From: Octopus sinensis
Taxonomy: Eukaryota
Length of the DNA: 64,000 bases
NCBI RefSeq assembly: GCF_006345805.1
Contig: NC_043020.1
Coordinates: 20,088,001-20,152,000 of the forward strand
Direction: 5' to 3'
The translations under genes and the position numbers were made by a program. Below the pieces are notes generated by a model. It saw only the letters and a list, made by a program, of their open reading frames with translations, did not search any database and was not told the origin of the DNA. Positions 53,201-63,339 of the stretch are shown here, in pieces. Numbering within the stretch: the stretch's first letter is position 1; the number at the start of each line of letters is the position of its first letter.

Positions 53201-55186
53201 TGGAAAGACAGTTTTTGTGTGTGACAGATGCACAGGGGCAATAAACACTGAAAATCTGCAGAAAACAACTTCCATCAAATGCCAAGGGAGAAAGCTAAAA
53301 GTAGTTGATAGCTTCCAAGTCAGCAGCAGGGGTGGATACTCTGAAAGCGTAGGTCCTAGAATAAGAATTGCCTGGGAAATGTTCAGAGAGCTCCTACCTC
53401 TACTGGTAATAACGGGCCTCTCGCTCAGAGTGAAAGGTAGACTGTATGAGGAATGTGTGTGAACAGCCATGCTTAAGGCAGTGAAACATGGGCTATAACT
53501 GCTGAGGACATACGTAGGCTAGAAAGAAATGAAGCTAGTATGCTCTGCTGGATGTGTAATGCCAGTATGCCAACACAACAGAGTGTAAGCGCCCTGAGAG
53601 AAAAGTTGGACATAAGAAGCAGCGGATGTGGTGTGCAAGAGAGATAACTGCGCTGATATGGTCTTGTGCTATGTATGGATGAGGACAGCTGTGTGAAGAA
53701 ATGTCACACCCTAACAATGGGGGGAACTTTTAAACATTGGACCTCACGGAGGTAATGACAAATGGCCAAAACCTTTGGAGATATGCTGTGCTTGAGAAGA
53801 CCTAGCAAGCCAAGCGAGAGTGTAGCCGGGGCCTATGCCACTGTCACATAGCCAGCCCATTTAAGAGTCTCTTTCAATCATTGGGCAATATGCTATGCTT
53901 GAGAAGACCTGTTGAGTCAAGTGAAATCGTTGCCAAGGCCAATGCCAGTACTACCTGACTAGCACCTGTGCCGGTGGCACATAAAAAGCACCATTGAATG
54001 GTTGATGCCAGTGCCACCTGACTGGCCCCCATGCCAGTGGCACATAAAAAGTACTCACTAGACTCTCGGAGAGGTTGGCATTAGTAAGGCATCCAGCTAT
54101 AGAAACCTTGCCAGATCAGATTGGGGCCTGGTGCAGCCTCTCAGCTTGCCACTCCTCAGTCAAACCATCCAGCCCATGCCAGCATGGAAAGCAGACATTA
54201 ATCGAAGATGATGATGACTATTCTACTATTCTGTGATTTCACTGCCCATAATAAGGGCTATGCATTATGCACGTGTATTATACAGAAATAAATAAGGTAT
54301 CAATCTCAAACAGTCATAAATATGGCCTAACAGATTAGTTTTTGAATGATCAAAATTTTTGACTGACTTAAATAACAATTGACAGTGAAGGATGCAAGTG
54401 GTCATATGCTTTTGTACTAAAAGTACAAAATGGCAGCTCACAAACTGTGGCCTGTGAGCTAAAGAAACTAAAATGTCTGTATTAAGCAACAAGGCCCACA
54501 ATTTTGAAGTTTGATGGGAAGTAATACCACCAACCCCTAAACTCTCATGTACTGGTGAAGTACTGAGAATAATGGTATGAACTAACCCTTTCCCTTCAAA
54601 ATTATTGGCCTTGTACCTAAAACAGAACAAATTATTATTACTCTTTTAAAAATCATTATATTCCACCCACCTTACATAGTGTTACACTATGTTACAAAGC
54701 ATTCAACAAAACCATATTAAAGTAGGTCACATCAGTGTCAGTATATTAAACTAGGTTATAATACAGTACTGTATTATATTAAACATGACCAAGGTGCAGT
54801 GTACAGTACCAATTTAACTAGTTTACAGTACTGTACCATATTAAACTGGATTGTAATACAATATAATACCATATTAGACTAGTTTACAGTAAGTACACTG
54901 GTATAGTAAATTAGATTACAGTACAGCTAAAACCATATTAAACTAGTTTATAATAGTGCTACATTCAAGCATGTTGTAAAAGTCACTAACCACTAAATTA
55001 TAATGCTACACCTCCCACAAACATAAAACAAGGATGAATCAATGAAATTACCTTTCACATTTTCTACAGAAGTATATAACACACTGTTTTGGTATACCTT
55101 CAGTGATGTCAACTTCAGTTCTAACACAATTGACACACATGTTGGAAGGGTTAGCTTCAATTGCTATACCACACTGGCAGCAAAGA
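30842..55186 (-). CDS. NMD3: 60S ribosomal export protein NMD3, spliced CDS of 14 exons; short ATG exon not located
   Basis: The exons total 1465 nt (1 nt + 488 codons including TAG) and join in frame through GT-AG introns. Motifs: LCCQCG..I..NP.NMC..C, FC.KC.RY.QPP, DAGFIWTEPHS, QMCSDCHRVEAKDFW.AVVQ.RQK, KKTFYYLEQ, GLDFYY, THLGH.L.PGD.VLG, RNWKLK, FLEDLEED, and C-terminal PKISLQEMLEDL (nuclear export signal region). Confidence 0.97.
31045..31260 (+). mobile_element. Penelope-like terminal-repeat fragment containing a minimal type I hammerhead ribozyme motif (31140-31183)
   Basis: ACAC-CTGATGA-A-GGCTG(gagggtatat)CAGCC-GAAAC-ATT-GTGT; stems I and II pair; shares downstream sequence with bases 46-115. 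Confidence 0.7.
33121..33191 (-). CDS. NMD3: NMD3 exon: IAYTEFLEDLEEDDGYRQNVNIFM
   Basis: Acceptor ttttttgcag, donor gtaact. Confidence 0.95.
33742..34170. mobile_element. piggyBac-type MITE with a second copy (33799-34015) nested inside in opposite orientation
   Basis: Inner element TTAA|CCCTTTAGCATT...AATGCTAAAGGG|TTAA; outer element TTAA|CCGTTTAGCATT...AATGCTAAAAGG|TTAA. Further copies near 37412-37593, 39375 and 48870-49085. Confidence 0.8.
35337..36482 (+). mobile_element. Decayed mariner element (about 1.15 kb)
   Basis: TA|TTGGGTTGGCAA.AAAGTAATTTCG TIRs with TA TSD at both ends; transposase remnants ITGDEKWIVY, CDNARPH and WEVMSHPPYS, with stops and frameshifts. Confidence 0.9.
36575..36678 (-). 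CDS. NMD3: NMD3 exon: VLVKKLYNRTKRNRQRNWKLKHVLPDLVDSSSDG (basic NLS-like segment)
   Basis: Acceptor tttcggtag, donor gtaagt. Confidence 0.94.
37771..37843 (-). CDS. NMD3: NMD3 exon: GFHLVNSNVNNSDFDNMKKDRVPDV
   Basis: Acceptor cctattcag, donor gtaagg. Confidence 0.93.
39082..39197 (-). CDS. NMD3: NMD3 exon: HVLSEVWVARTNDLGVNDQQYYCKTHLGHTLHPGDSVL
   Basis: Acceptor ctttccag, donor gtttgt. Confidence 0.95.
40544..40686 (-). CDS. NMD3: NMD3 exon: IAEISGQVYWREPFQSLSGPKQLTEYVVMEIDPIPFHEMPHVTPASKK
   Basis: Acceptor tttccag, donor gtaagt. Confidence 0.95.
41847..41964 (-). CDS. NMD3: NMD3 exon: DDVVCLPKKLAASLGNISQICVVYRVTKAVHIIDPISLQ
   Basis: Acceptor cttgcag, donor gtaagg. Confidence 0.95.
43040..43975 (+). 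mobile_element. RTE LINE 3' portion with 3' UTR and (GAT) tail, internally deleted
   Basis: LYEACISKTMLHSSETQAM...RFERNKASMLCRMGNVSVH...LREKLDIRGIRC; tail ggatgttaaatgaagatgatg. Confidence 0.78.
44098..44738. mobile_element. Two diverged SINE heads in inverted orientation (about 44098-44300 on +, about 44540-44738 on -)
   Basis: Both resemble the SINE at 1348; the second reads as its reverse complement. Confidence 0.6.
44843..44939 (-). CDS. NMD3: NMD3 exon: KYQIAQELLSMDIHSNIANYKWAFSVEIVPVCK
   Basis: Acceptor ttctctag, donor gtgaga. Confidence 0.95.
45831..45909 (-). CDS. NMD3: NMD3 exon: GGLDFYYATKNDARKLVDFLLLVVPC
   Basis: Acceptor tataaag, donor gtgagt. Confidence 0.94.
47021..47111 (-). 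CDS. NMD3: NMD3 exon: TQHKKTFYYLEQLLLKHNMYQNTVNIKPMH
   Basis: Acceptor ctttgcag, donor gtacgt. Confidence 0.95.
48345..48473 (-). CDS. NMD3: NMD3 exon: IINGAVLQQVFIVEFTVHNQMCSDCHRVEAKDFWRAVVQIRQK
   Basis: Acceptor attcag, donor gttagt. Confidence 0.96.
49088..49250 (-). mobile_element. CR1/L2-like reverse transcriptase fragment
   Basis: The minus strand reads LFGFIPKSSFCGQLIEFAEGIGQVTDRSSWLDVIHLDFTK, resembling QFGF...LDV.YLDF.KAFD. Confidence 0.6.
49687..49767 (-). CDS. NMD3: NMD3 exon: VNLIDAGFIWTEPHSQRIKLKLTIQKE
   Basis: Acceptor tttctag, donor gtgagg; hallmark DAGF.WTEPHS. Confidence 0.96.
49910..50003 (-). CDS. NMD3: NMD3 exon: RYLQPPATWVSAQLESKQLLKICLKKLKGLNK
   Basis: Acceptor ctttgcag, donor gtaaag; in-frame translation. 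Confidence 0.95.
50401..50599. repeat. Exact tandem duplication with a 100-bp period
   Basis: aatttagctcacgcatctacc...ccaagagatgaga occurs at 50401 and 50501. Confidence 0.95.
50600..54217 (+). mobile_element. Near-complete but inactivated RTE-clade LINE (APE endonuclease, RT with PHD-like insertion, repeat-containing 3' UTR, (GAT)n tail), antisense in an NMD3 intron
   Basis: EN motifs LRVGTLNVGTL, CIQEVRW, SDFNGHVG and SQID. RT motifs NHRGIKLL, QFGFVP.RSTTDA, LAFIDMKKAFD, VGVHHGSVLS and LLYA (DD deleted). Multiple stops and frameshifts; 5' boundary approximate. Confidence 0.92.
54705..54955. repeat. Degenerate minisatellite built from cagtactgtaccatattaaactag-like units
   Basis: Repeated (c)catattaaactag and acagtac words, about six times. 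Confidence 0.7.
55052..55186 (-). CDS. NMD3: NMD3 exon: LCCQCGIAIEANPSNMCVNCVRTEVDITEGIPKQCVIYFCRKCE
   Basis: Acceptor tgtttcag, donor gtaatt; zinc-binding Cys pairs. Confidence 0.96.
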
Positions 55187-55434
55187 CTGAAACAAAAAAA
55201 AAAGAAAGAGCTCATTAATCCTACATGAGATAAACCCAAATTTGACTCAGCAAAGTGGTTCAGGTGTTGGCCCCACAATTGTTAGGTCATGGTTTGATTC
55301 TCAGACCAAATAGAACATTGTATATTTGAACAAACCACTTCATTTTATGTCACTTCAGTCTATTCAGCAGAAAATGGGTACCAGTGACAGCTATTTTTGT
55401 CCGGTTCCCAAAGCATCAAGTGCTGAAAATTATA

Positions 55435-55992
55435 TTGGGTTGTCCGGAAAGTCCATGCCGATTTATAGTAGCTTACCTTTCGACTTACTTTAGAACATGG
55501 TTGAGTCCATAAAATAGGATTTGACTACACCTCCATTTAGAGCACACTTTAAGCTATCTTTTCTTGGAAGAAGGTTTATGTTCCTATAACCTGTGTTAAT
55601 TCTGTAATCCTTTAAAATGGAAGATAAGAAAGTTCATTTTCAGCACTTGATGCTTTGGGAACCGGACAAAACTGGCTGCAGCTCGGCTGGGATGTATTAC
55701 CCCACCCTCCATATTCACAAGAGGTATTGCTCTTTCGGATTTCCACTTATTCAGGTCTCTGCAGAATAGTCTTAATGGTAAAAATTTCAATTCCTTGGAT
55801 GACGTAAAAAGATACCTTGATGTATTCTTTGCCATGAAACCACCTCAATTCTGGGAAGAGGGTATTTTCAAGACAAAGGAAAGATGGGACACATGCAACA
55901 AAATGGTTCATATTTGGTTGATTAAAATCATAACGGCAAGTATTTATTGACCTTTTTCTTTCCTTTAAAAATCGGCACGAACTTTCCGGACA
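55435..55992 (+). mobile_element. Internally deleted mariner derivative
   Basis: Left TIR TA|TTGGGTTGTCCGGAAAGT; truncated right TIR ..ACTTTCCGGACA. N-terminal KKVHFQHLML is fused to C-terminal LGWDVLPHPPYS..SDFHLFRSLQN..FW.EGI. Confidence 0.85.
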
Positions 55993-58269
55993 TTATTAAG
56001 CATACCATTAAAGTATGTTATTTTGACATCAGTGGTTAATAAAGCCTTTAAAATTCTAGTTCTTGTGTTATATGTCACATCATATTTCCAATATTTTCAT
56101 GGTTTACAATCTGAACACTCTTCAAGATTTTGATCATAGAGATCTTTCACAAGTTATCCATGTCAAAGTATGTGACCCCTTCGGCCTCAATTCCATCACT
56201 AATGTGCATGTGTTTAAGTGCCATAAAACCCCATGTAATTTACACAAGTGATTTTCAGGATAAAAATTGTTTAAAAAAGCCTCTACTCATGTAAAATTCG
56301 CACCCAAAAGTTTTCAGAATTGCTAATATAACCAGGGAAAAAAAGGTTTACATTTTAGTTGTATTTAGCATAATTTCACTTACTTATGATTAGATTTTAT
56401 TAAATTTTCATTAAATAAAAATAATTTCTATTTAACAGGTATCACATTGAAAGCTATTAAATTACAAAGTGTTTGTGTTGTTTATAATAAACTTTATATT
56501 ACATTTCTTGCCCACAAGAGATTATGTCCAATCTTTAGCATACTGCTGTGTGTCTTCTCAAATCACAATCACAGGAAAAGTTGTTGATAAGGATTACCAA
56601 CAAAAACAAAGCTGATAAATACATACAGGTGTTGCAAATTAAGTTTAATAACCAATAAACATTGGCTTGGATAACACTTTACTCAACCGAGTAAAACATG
56701 TAAAATATGGCCCAGACCATGAATACCAGCATGAACATCAGACTTCAAAAAGTAGTTAACCATTTAATGGTTTTAGTAAATTTATACAGAAACAGTAAGC
56801 ATTATACCATCCAGCATGAATAAAAGTCAACTTCATTATATTTAAGCCATTAATTTTTCTGTAAAAACCTATTCTGACATTAAATGAGTCAACTTCCGGT
56901 ACAAATGTTTTGTATGTCTTTTCCAACAAAAAAATTTCTAAAAAAATTCTGGAAACAATCTACTCATGTAATTTATGTACCTCCTAAAGTTTATTTTTAT
57001 TTTTGCAAAAAAAAATGTGTAAATTACATGAGTTTTTATGGTATGTGTATGTCCACCTAAATGCCATTTTTTTTGTACTGATTCTAGCTGCACAAACTTT
57101 TCTTTGTATATGGGTTCCATAAAGGATTAGCATATTCTATCATAGGTTTTAAGATGTAATGCTATGTAGTATGAAATGTATGTACAAAATTAAATGGAAA
57201 ACTAGTGGCATTATTCTATCACAAAACTGATAAAATGGATTGAATCTGAAATCAATTCATTCATACTAGTATAGGTTTGACAAACCTACTTCACAACATT
57301 TAATCTATGTTTCGCATTTTAAAGTTTAATCTGTCATTCATTGGTGTAAAGAAATAGCTCTAACTCTAAAAACTTAATTTAGAACATAAAAGTATAAACA
57401 TCTTGCAAATGTTTTTGGACATAATCACAAGTTTTTTTAAGACCTTTTTATTTGTTTTGTGTTATCATTTAGCCTGATCTAGTAGATCTATAAAGCTATT
57501 TTAGCTATGGTCATCCAATCTTTTTACTGAATATCCAAGACTACTTCTTTATATCAGACACACTTTATATTGAACCACAGAGGGTGTGGTTTAAGAGAGA
57601 TTTAGCTAATATTACTTGAGTGGTTTAAGAGAGATTTAGCTAATATTACTAGTAGGCTGAGTGACAACAATTTTATGTGGACATAAATCTGAACCATTAA
57701 AAGGCGTAAAAAGTAAAATTCTTTTCTTCGTTATTCATTCAAAGGTTTAGACATAAGTGGGGAAAATGGAAGAGATCAAGAATATATTTCCACTGAGTTA
57801 CGCTTTCTCAGTGCAATCAGTTTGCTTGTATGTAAACAAAGGGAAGATAAATCACACATCCACATGATACTTTTCTGAGCCACTCAGGATGCTGGTAGAA
57901 AGGGAGATTGCTATCTGCAGGCCACAGTCTAGGCCCTTATGCTTGTAACAGACTGGTACTTGCTAAAAGGTACACAAAAAGACCAGAGTAGTGATGTTAA
58001 AACATGCGAAAAATTAAGTCAAAAGAGTGAAATATCCACATTCATTTCCATTTACCAAATTTTATTGACAAGACGTTGGTCGGAGTGTGTAGTGGGATAG
58101 AACCCGAAACCACACAACTGCACGGCAATCTTCTTAACCACACAGCCACACCTGTACCACTTTCTCTAATTTAATCATTGTATTTGTATTTAGTATGCAG
58201 AACACCCCTATGGAGTATTCCTTCTCCCAGGCATATTAACATTAATATTGATCCACAAGCAATTTTATT

Positions 58270-61200
58270 GGCATTCACTCATATTCAGTCAGAGTTGCCA
58301 TTATCTTCAATTTCCATGAAAGATTTTTATCCAATCAGAAAACGGGATTTGAAAGCACATGTCTTGTTGACTGTAAACACTCCTGTGTATGTGTGTGCAT
58401 GCTTATTCTGTTTGATGTGACGAAGTGAAAGAGGAAGCTAATGGGTGTGTGTGTTTCTGTGTGTGTGCACCCGTGAGCATGTTCTATTTTTATGTATATG
58501 TGTGGAGGAAGCTAAAGGGTGTACATGTGTGGTGTGTGTGTGTGTGAGCGAACGAGCTCTGTTTTATGTATTTATGTGTGTGGAATGCAGATATAACAAA
58601 AACTATGTTGTATCTTAAACTTGAGAAAAGCCTTGCATATTTGTTCTTACCTGCTTCATTTGTGTATGTAAAATCCGTAAATTTCCAAGAAGAAAACGAG
58701 ACCAATGTCAAAAAAGCTGTATTAGTTATAATATTTCAGGTGGGGTTTTTTTAACCACCAAAGAACTGAAATATTGCAACATGTATCAAAGAGCCAAAAT
58801 ATCGCAATATGCATGGAGCAAAGGAAGAAATGTAAATTAACACTATTGATTTAAGAAAATGCAAAAGAAAGAATTATAAAGGACATTGATTTCTATTAAT
58901 TTTAAAGCTAAAACAAAATTTGTAGAACACATTTTATGAAATTCATAAAAAACATTTTTAAAAGGGTAAATTAAACAGTATAATACTGTCTAATGCATTT
59001 TATGAAACTCAAAAGCATTCTTTGTGTTGTATTGTCATCAACAAAATTCTAAGAGATAAATAGAAAACAGAGCTCTGGTGAACCAAGATTCTTAGCATCA
59101 AATCACATGACCCAGTGGTTTGCCAAATTTGTTGCAGTTATTGGTCAGTTTCAACTGTCCAGTTGTGGGTTTACAACAATTTGTTCCCATCACAGGAAAA
59201 AAAAAACTCATCTGTCTGTGGAGCCACCTTATGCTTATATAAACACCAGTTTTGAGCCACATTTTCTCTTACTTTATAAATCAGCTCCTACACACTTGCA
59301 ACAAACCTTGACCATTAGATTTCAGAATGCATGGACGATATTGGATTGTTGAATCAGTCATTGCTATTAATGATTTGACACAAGAAAATTATATTCTGAA
59401 TGACATTCAAGTCATAACAAATAACATGACTTTGACAATCCAATTCCTGGCATCTCTGGGATTGATTCACAATTCTTCCAAGTGTTGTAATGAGCCTATG
59501 TTCCTTACACCGCAGAAGACAGTATCTGAAGGAAGAATGTGGAGATGTTCCATTGATACGGCTTGTAAATTTGATCTATTACTGGGCCAAAATGCACTGT
59601 AAACAGTTTGTTGCATCAGAAGCAATTATTAAAAATTATTTCTGTGACATTTGTGCCATGTGGTACATTGACAATGCTATCCAACTTGGGGGATGGGATA
59701 TTGTTGTGGAAATTGATGAATCCAAGTTTATGCACCAAAAGTACCATCACGATCGTTACTAGGAAGGCCACTGGGTACTTGGAATGGCAGGACGTGACAC
59801 TTTAAGATGTGTTTTAGTTCCAGTCCCAGACAGAAGAGCCACCACATTATTACCAATAATTAATGAACATGTGCTGCCAAGAACTAAGATTGTAATGGAC
59901 TGCTGACAGGCATACAATGCTCTCCCAAATCATTTCAGAGTGAACTACAGTGTGAATTTTGTCGACCCCTCAATCTATACAGTGAAGGGGATGTGGAGTC
60001 ACATTAAGAGGAAATATCCTAACATGCATGGCACCTCAGATGCACTATTTTCTACATATCTATTAGAATTTTGTTGGCAACAATACAACACAATGCTTTT
60101 ATGAATTTCATAAAATGCATTGTACAGTTCCACAGATCTTGTTTAATTTAGCTTTAAAATTAATAGAAATCAATGTCATTTATATTTCTTTCTTTTGCAT
60201 TTTCTTTAATCAATAGTGTTAATTTATATTTCTTCCTTTTCTCCATGCATGTTGCAATATTTCAGTTCCTTGATGATTAAGAAAAAACACATGGACTATA
60301 TCTATATATATAAAACTGAGAATGTGTGTCTGTGTGTTTCCCTAAAACTTGAGAACTACACAACCAATTTCATTCAAATTTTACACATGCCTTACTTAGG
60401 GTCTGGGGAGTGTCATGGCAAAAAAATGTTCAACTTCTTGCCTAGGGCGAGCCCATAGCAATATCATATCTTCTCCACTATTTCAGTATTACGTGTTAAA
60501 AGTGAAACAAAAACATATCTCTATTTTATGTCAGATACTTTAATTTTAACAATAAAAATTAGAGATAATAATAACAATTGAATTATATGTAGTAAGTAAT
60601 AATTAAAATCAAATTAAAGTATAATATAATAATTAAATCGTAACATAACAAAAGTAAAGATAGCAATTGGTATAAAATTGCATCAATGACTTGAATAAGT
60701 GGTTTCACATGAATGGGAATAAATTAAAAATAAAATTAGTGTGCAAAAATGGAATAGTCCAGATGGAGCTGTGCACATACCCTTTACCACGGCTTTTACA
60801 TTAGATTATCTGCTAATTAGCTAGCATTAAGTATCTATATGAAGTTTGGCTGTATGTAATGTCTGTTTTCTCGAACAGCCACTTCTACTGAGGACTGCTG
60901 TTGGTTTATTTCTTATACATAAAGGACTATAGCTTCAACTGCGTACTGCTTTTCGATTCACCGTAAGGTTTGTTGTTATTATTATTACTGTTTAACTATT
61001 GTTATCACGTTTGTTGGTTCCTCGTAAGGGAAACGTTGTTGTGTTGCATTTGTTAAATAATTGTAAACTGTAACCCTCCCTCTTTGGGAGAAGGAGCTTT
61101 GATTATTGTTTAAAAATTGAATTGTGTCCCTGTTCGGGGAAATTGACAATGGAAGAAATACAAACCTATTTTGGATTGATCACCGACAAAGAGAGTGAAT

Positions 61201-62120
61201 CTAGGATAACGCCACCAAACGAAATAAAAAATTAAATTAAAGAAAAGACTATTGTCTATAAAGTATGCAATATAGAGAAAAAAACCGATTTGAACACCTG
61301 GAGGAAAGCACCATTGAAAAGTGTCTTGGTGCGACTATGAAAGATATCAAGTATCTAACCAGAGGCGGTAAATTCGCCACAATAGAAGCAAGGTTCGAGT
61401 CAACAGAGCGTGCAAGGGAGTACTCGACTCGAACCTTGCAAAGTGGAAATATTTAATTTTATCTGGGACATAGGACGTCCCGGATGAAAATTAAAAATGT
61501 CCCCCCAAAAGTAGAGGTAGGCTGGATTGTAGCCACACTTCTATAAGAGGGAGGACAAGATACAATTGATCGAAATTGCAAGAGATGGGCCTACAATTCC
61601 AGTCTTTTATATATTTTGAGTAGTGTTATCACTAGCGATATCAAGATATAACTTGGTATTTTGTATTTTATGTGTAGATGTATATATATTGATGTACATG
61701 TAATATGTACACATATATATACACATATATACATGCACTAGCATGAAGGGTCATAATGCTAGTTATAACTAATATGGCTTTTTCAACGTTGATCTCATTT
61801 TCTTCTTGGAAATTTACGGATTCTACATACACAAATGAAGCAGGTAAGAACAAATATGCAAGGCTTTTCTCAAGTTTAAGATACATCATTGTTTTTGTTA
61901 TATCTGCATTCCACACACATAAATACATAAAACAGAACACACTCGCACACATACACGTACACCCATTAGTTTCTTCTTCCACTTTGACACGTCAAACAGA
62001 ACAAGCACACACACACACGTACAACGGAGTGTTTACAGTTGACAAGACATGTGCTCACGGAAAATGACATAGATAATGGCAGTTCTGTGACAACTCTGAG
62101 ACTGAATACGAGTGAATGCC
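58270..62120 (+). mobile_element. Merlin (ISXO2/IS1595-like DDE) DNA transposon with very long TIRs; right TIR interrupted by a Helitron
   Basis: Termini GGCATTCACTC...GAGTGAATGCC and an 8-bp TSD ATTTTATT (58262-58269 and 62121-62128). Transposase remnants at 59330-60110: KCCNEPM..WRCS, VVEIDESKF, HWVLG, PDRRATTLLPIINEHVLP.T.IV.DC, VN.S.NFVDP and YLLEFCW, with stops. Confidence 0.9.
60301..61762 (+). mobile_element. Non-autonomous Helitron, copy 2, nested in the Merlin right TIR
   Basis: A|TC...CTAG|T. Removing it restores a sequence matching the opposite TIR (..ata|ttataactaata..). The left arm of its 3' hairpin is partly deleted. Confidence 0.88.
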
Positions 62121-63339
62121 ATTTTATTTTCAATAAGTTTGAGCAGTGTGTCTATATGTCCTCTGGAATTTCTTCAAGGGAATATTTCTTTGCATCTCAG
62201 CCCTCTCACTCCAATAGACTCTTTTACTACACTTTTTTTGGTATGTTTACGTCTCCGTAACTTAGCGGTTTAGCAAAAGAGACCGATAGAATAAGGCCTG
62301 GCTCAACTAAAAGGCGGTGCTCCAGCATGGCCACAGTCAAGATGACTGAAACCAGTAAAAGAGTAAAAAAGAGTGAAAGAGAGTACTATTTCCACTATTA
62401 ATTGGTTATCTGTAATACAAATTGACCTAATATACAGTAAGATTGCTCTGAACCCAATATCAATATATATCTGCAACAGTTCTGCTTTTGCCCAAATTTG
62501 CATTCTATAGCAACTTTCACTGAGTCAATATTAGTGTTTCAAAATTAAATCACACCAACTGCTTTAATAATTAAAGAAACAACTTACTGAAACTGTTTCA
62601 CATATTACCAACGATACTTTTCCACATATTGGGCATATTTTAGCTCAACATATCTCAAAAACCATTTCATTTCTTATGAACCTTTTTTCCTGACAAAACC
62701 ACACCATGCCCGATTATTTTCACAAATCATACATATTATGATGAGGGCACCTGAGGTTTTTGTTCATTTATACACTTTTCAATGTCACAGACTACATTAT
62801 ACAACATTATTATGCTGATAGTCAAGCCATTATTTACAAGTGTACAAGGGGTAAATTTTCCAAGAGACTACACCTACGTATGGTTGAGTACTTGGAGTAA
62901 TAAACAGGTACAGTCATGTCAATTAACGGTTGATACAAATAACTGAGAACAAGCATTCCTACACGAAGCTGAAAGCTATAGATCAGCTAAATAGGAAAGA
63001 ACTGGAATATCTACCCCAACCATATTTTCTTTTTTCCACATTGAATCCCGATATAATTGTAATCTACACTATCTGAAATAATTGTAGTAAATTTCATCAG
63101 AAATTCCTATTTTCCTGAAAGTTATGAGGAAAACCTCAAGCATGTGAATTATTCGGATCTCTTCACCCCTCCCCACCATCACTCAAAAACTTTTCGTAAG
63201 TTCTGATACAATTATAATCTACGCCATCTGAAACACATTTATAAAAAATTTCATTAAAAAATGTCCCTTTTTCAGAAAGTTATGAGGAAACAAAGTCAGG
63301 AGAGGAGGCACATTTGTGTAATTATGCTTATATAATTTT

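Noticed and set aside
30976-55051. Intronic snoRNAs in NMD3
   Set aside because: No convincing sense-strand C/D box pair with a terminal stem was seen; H/ACA RNAs cannot be judged by eye.
56938-57120. MEPIYKEKF... ORF as the NMD3 start exon
   Set aside because: Its donor-like sites give phase 0 or 1, but phase 2 is required, and it has no similarity to NMD3 N-termini.
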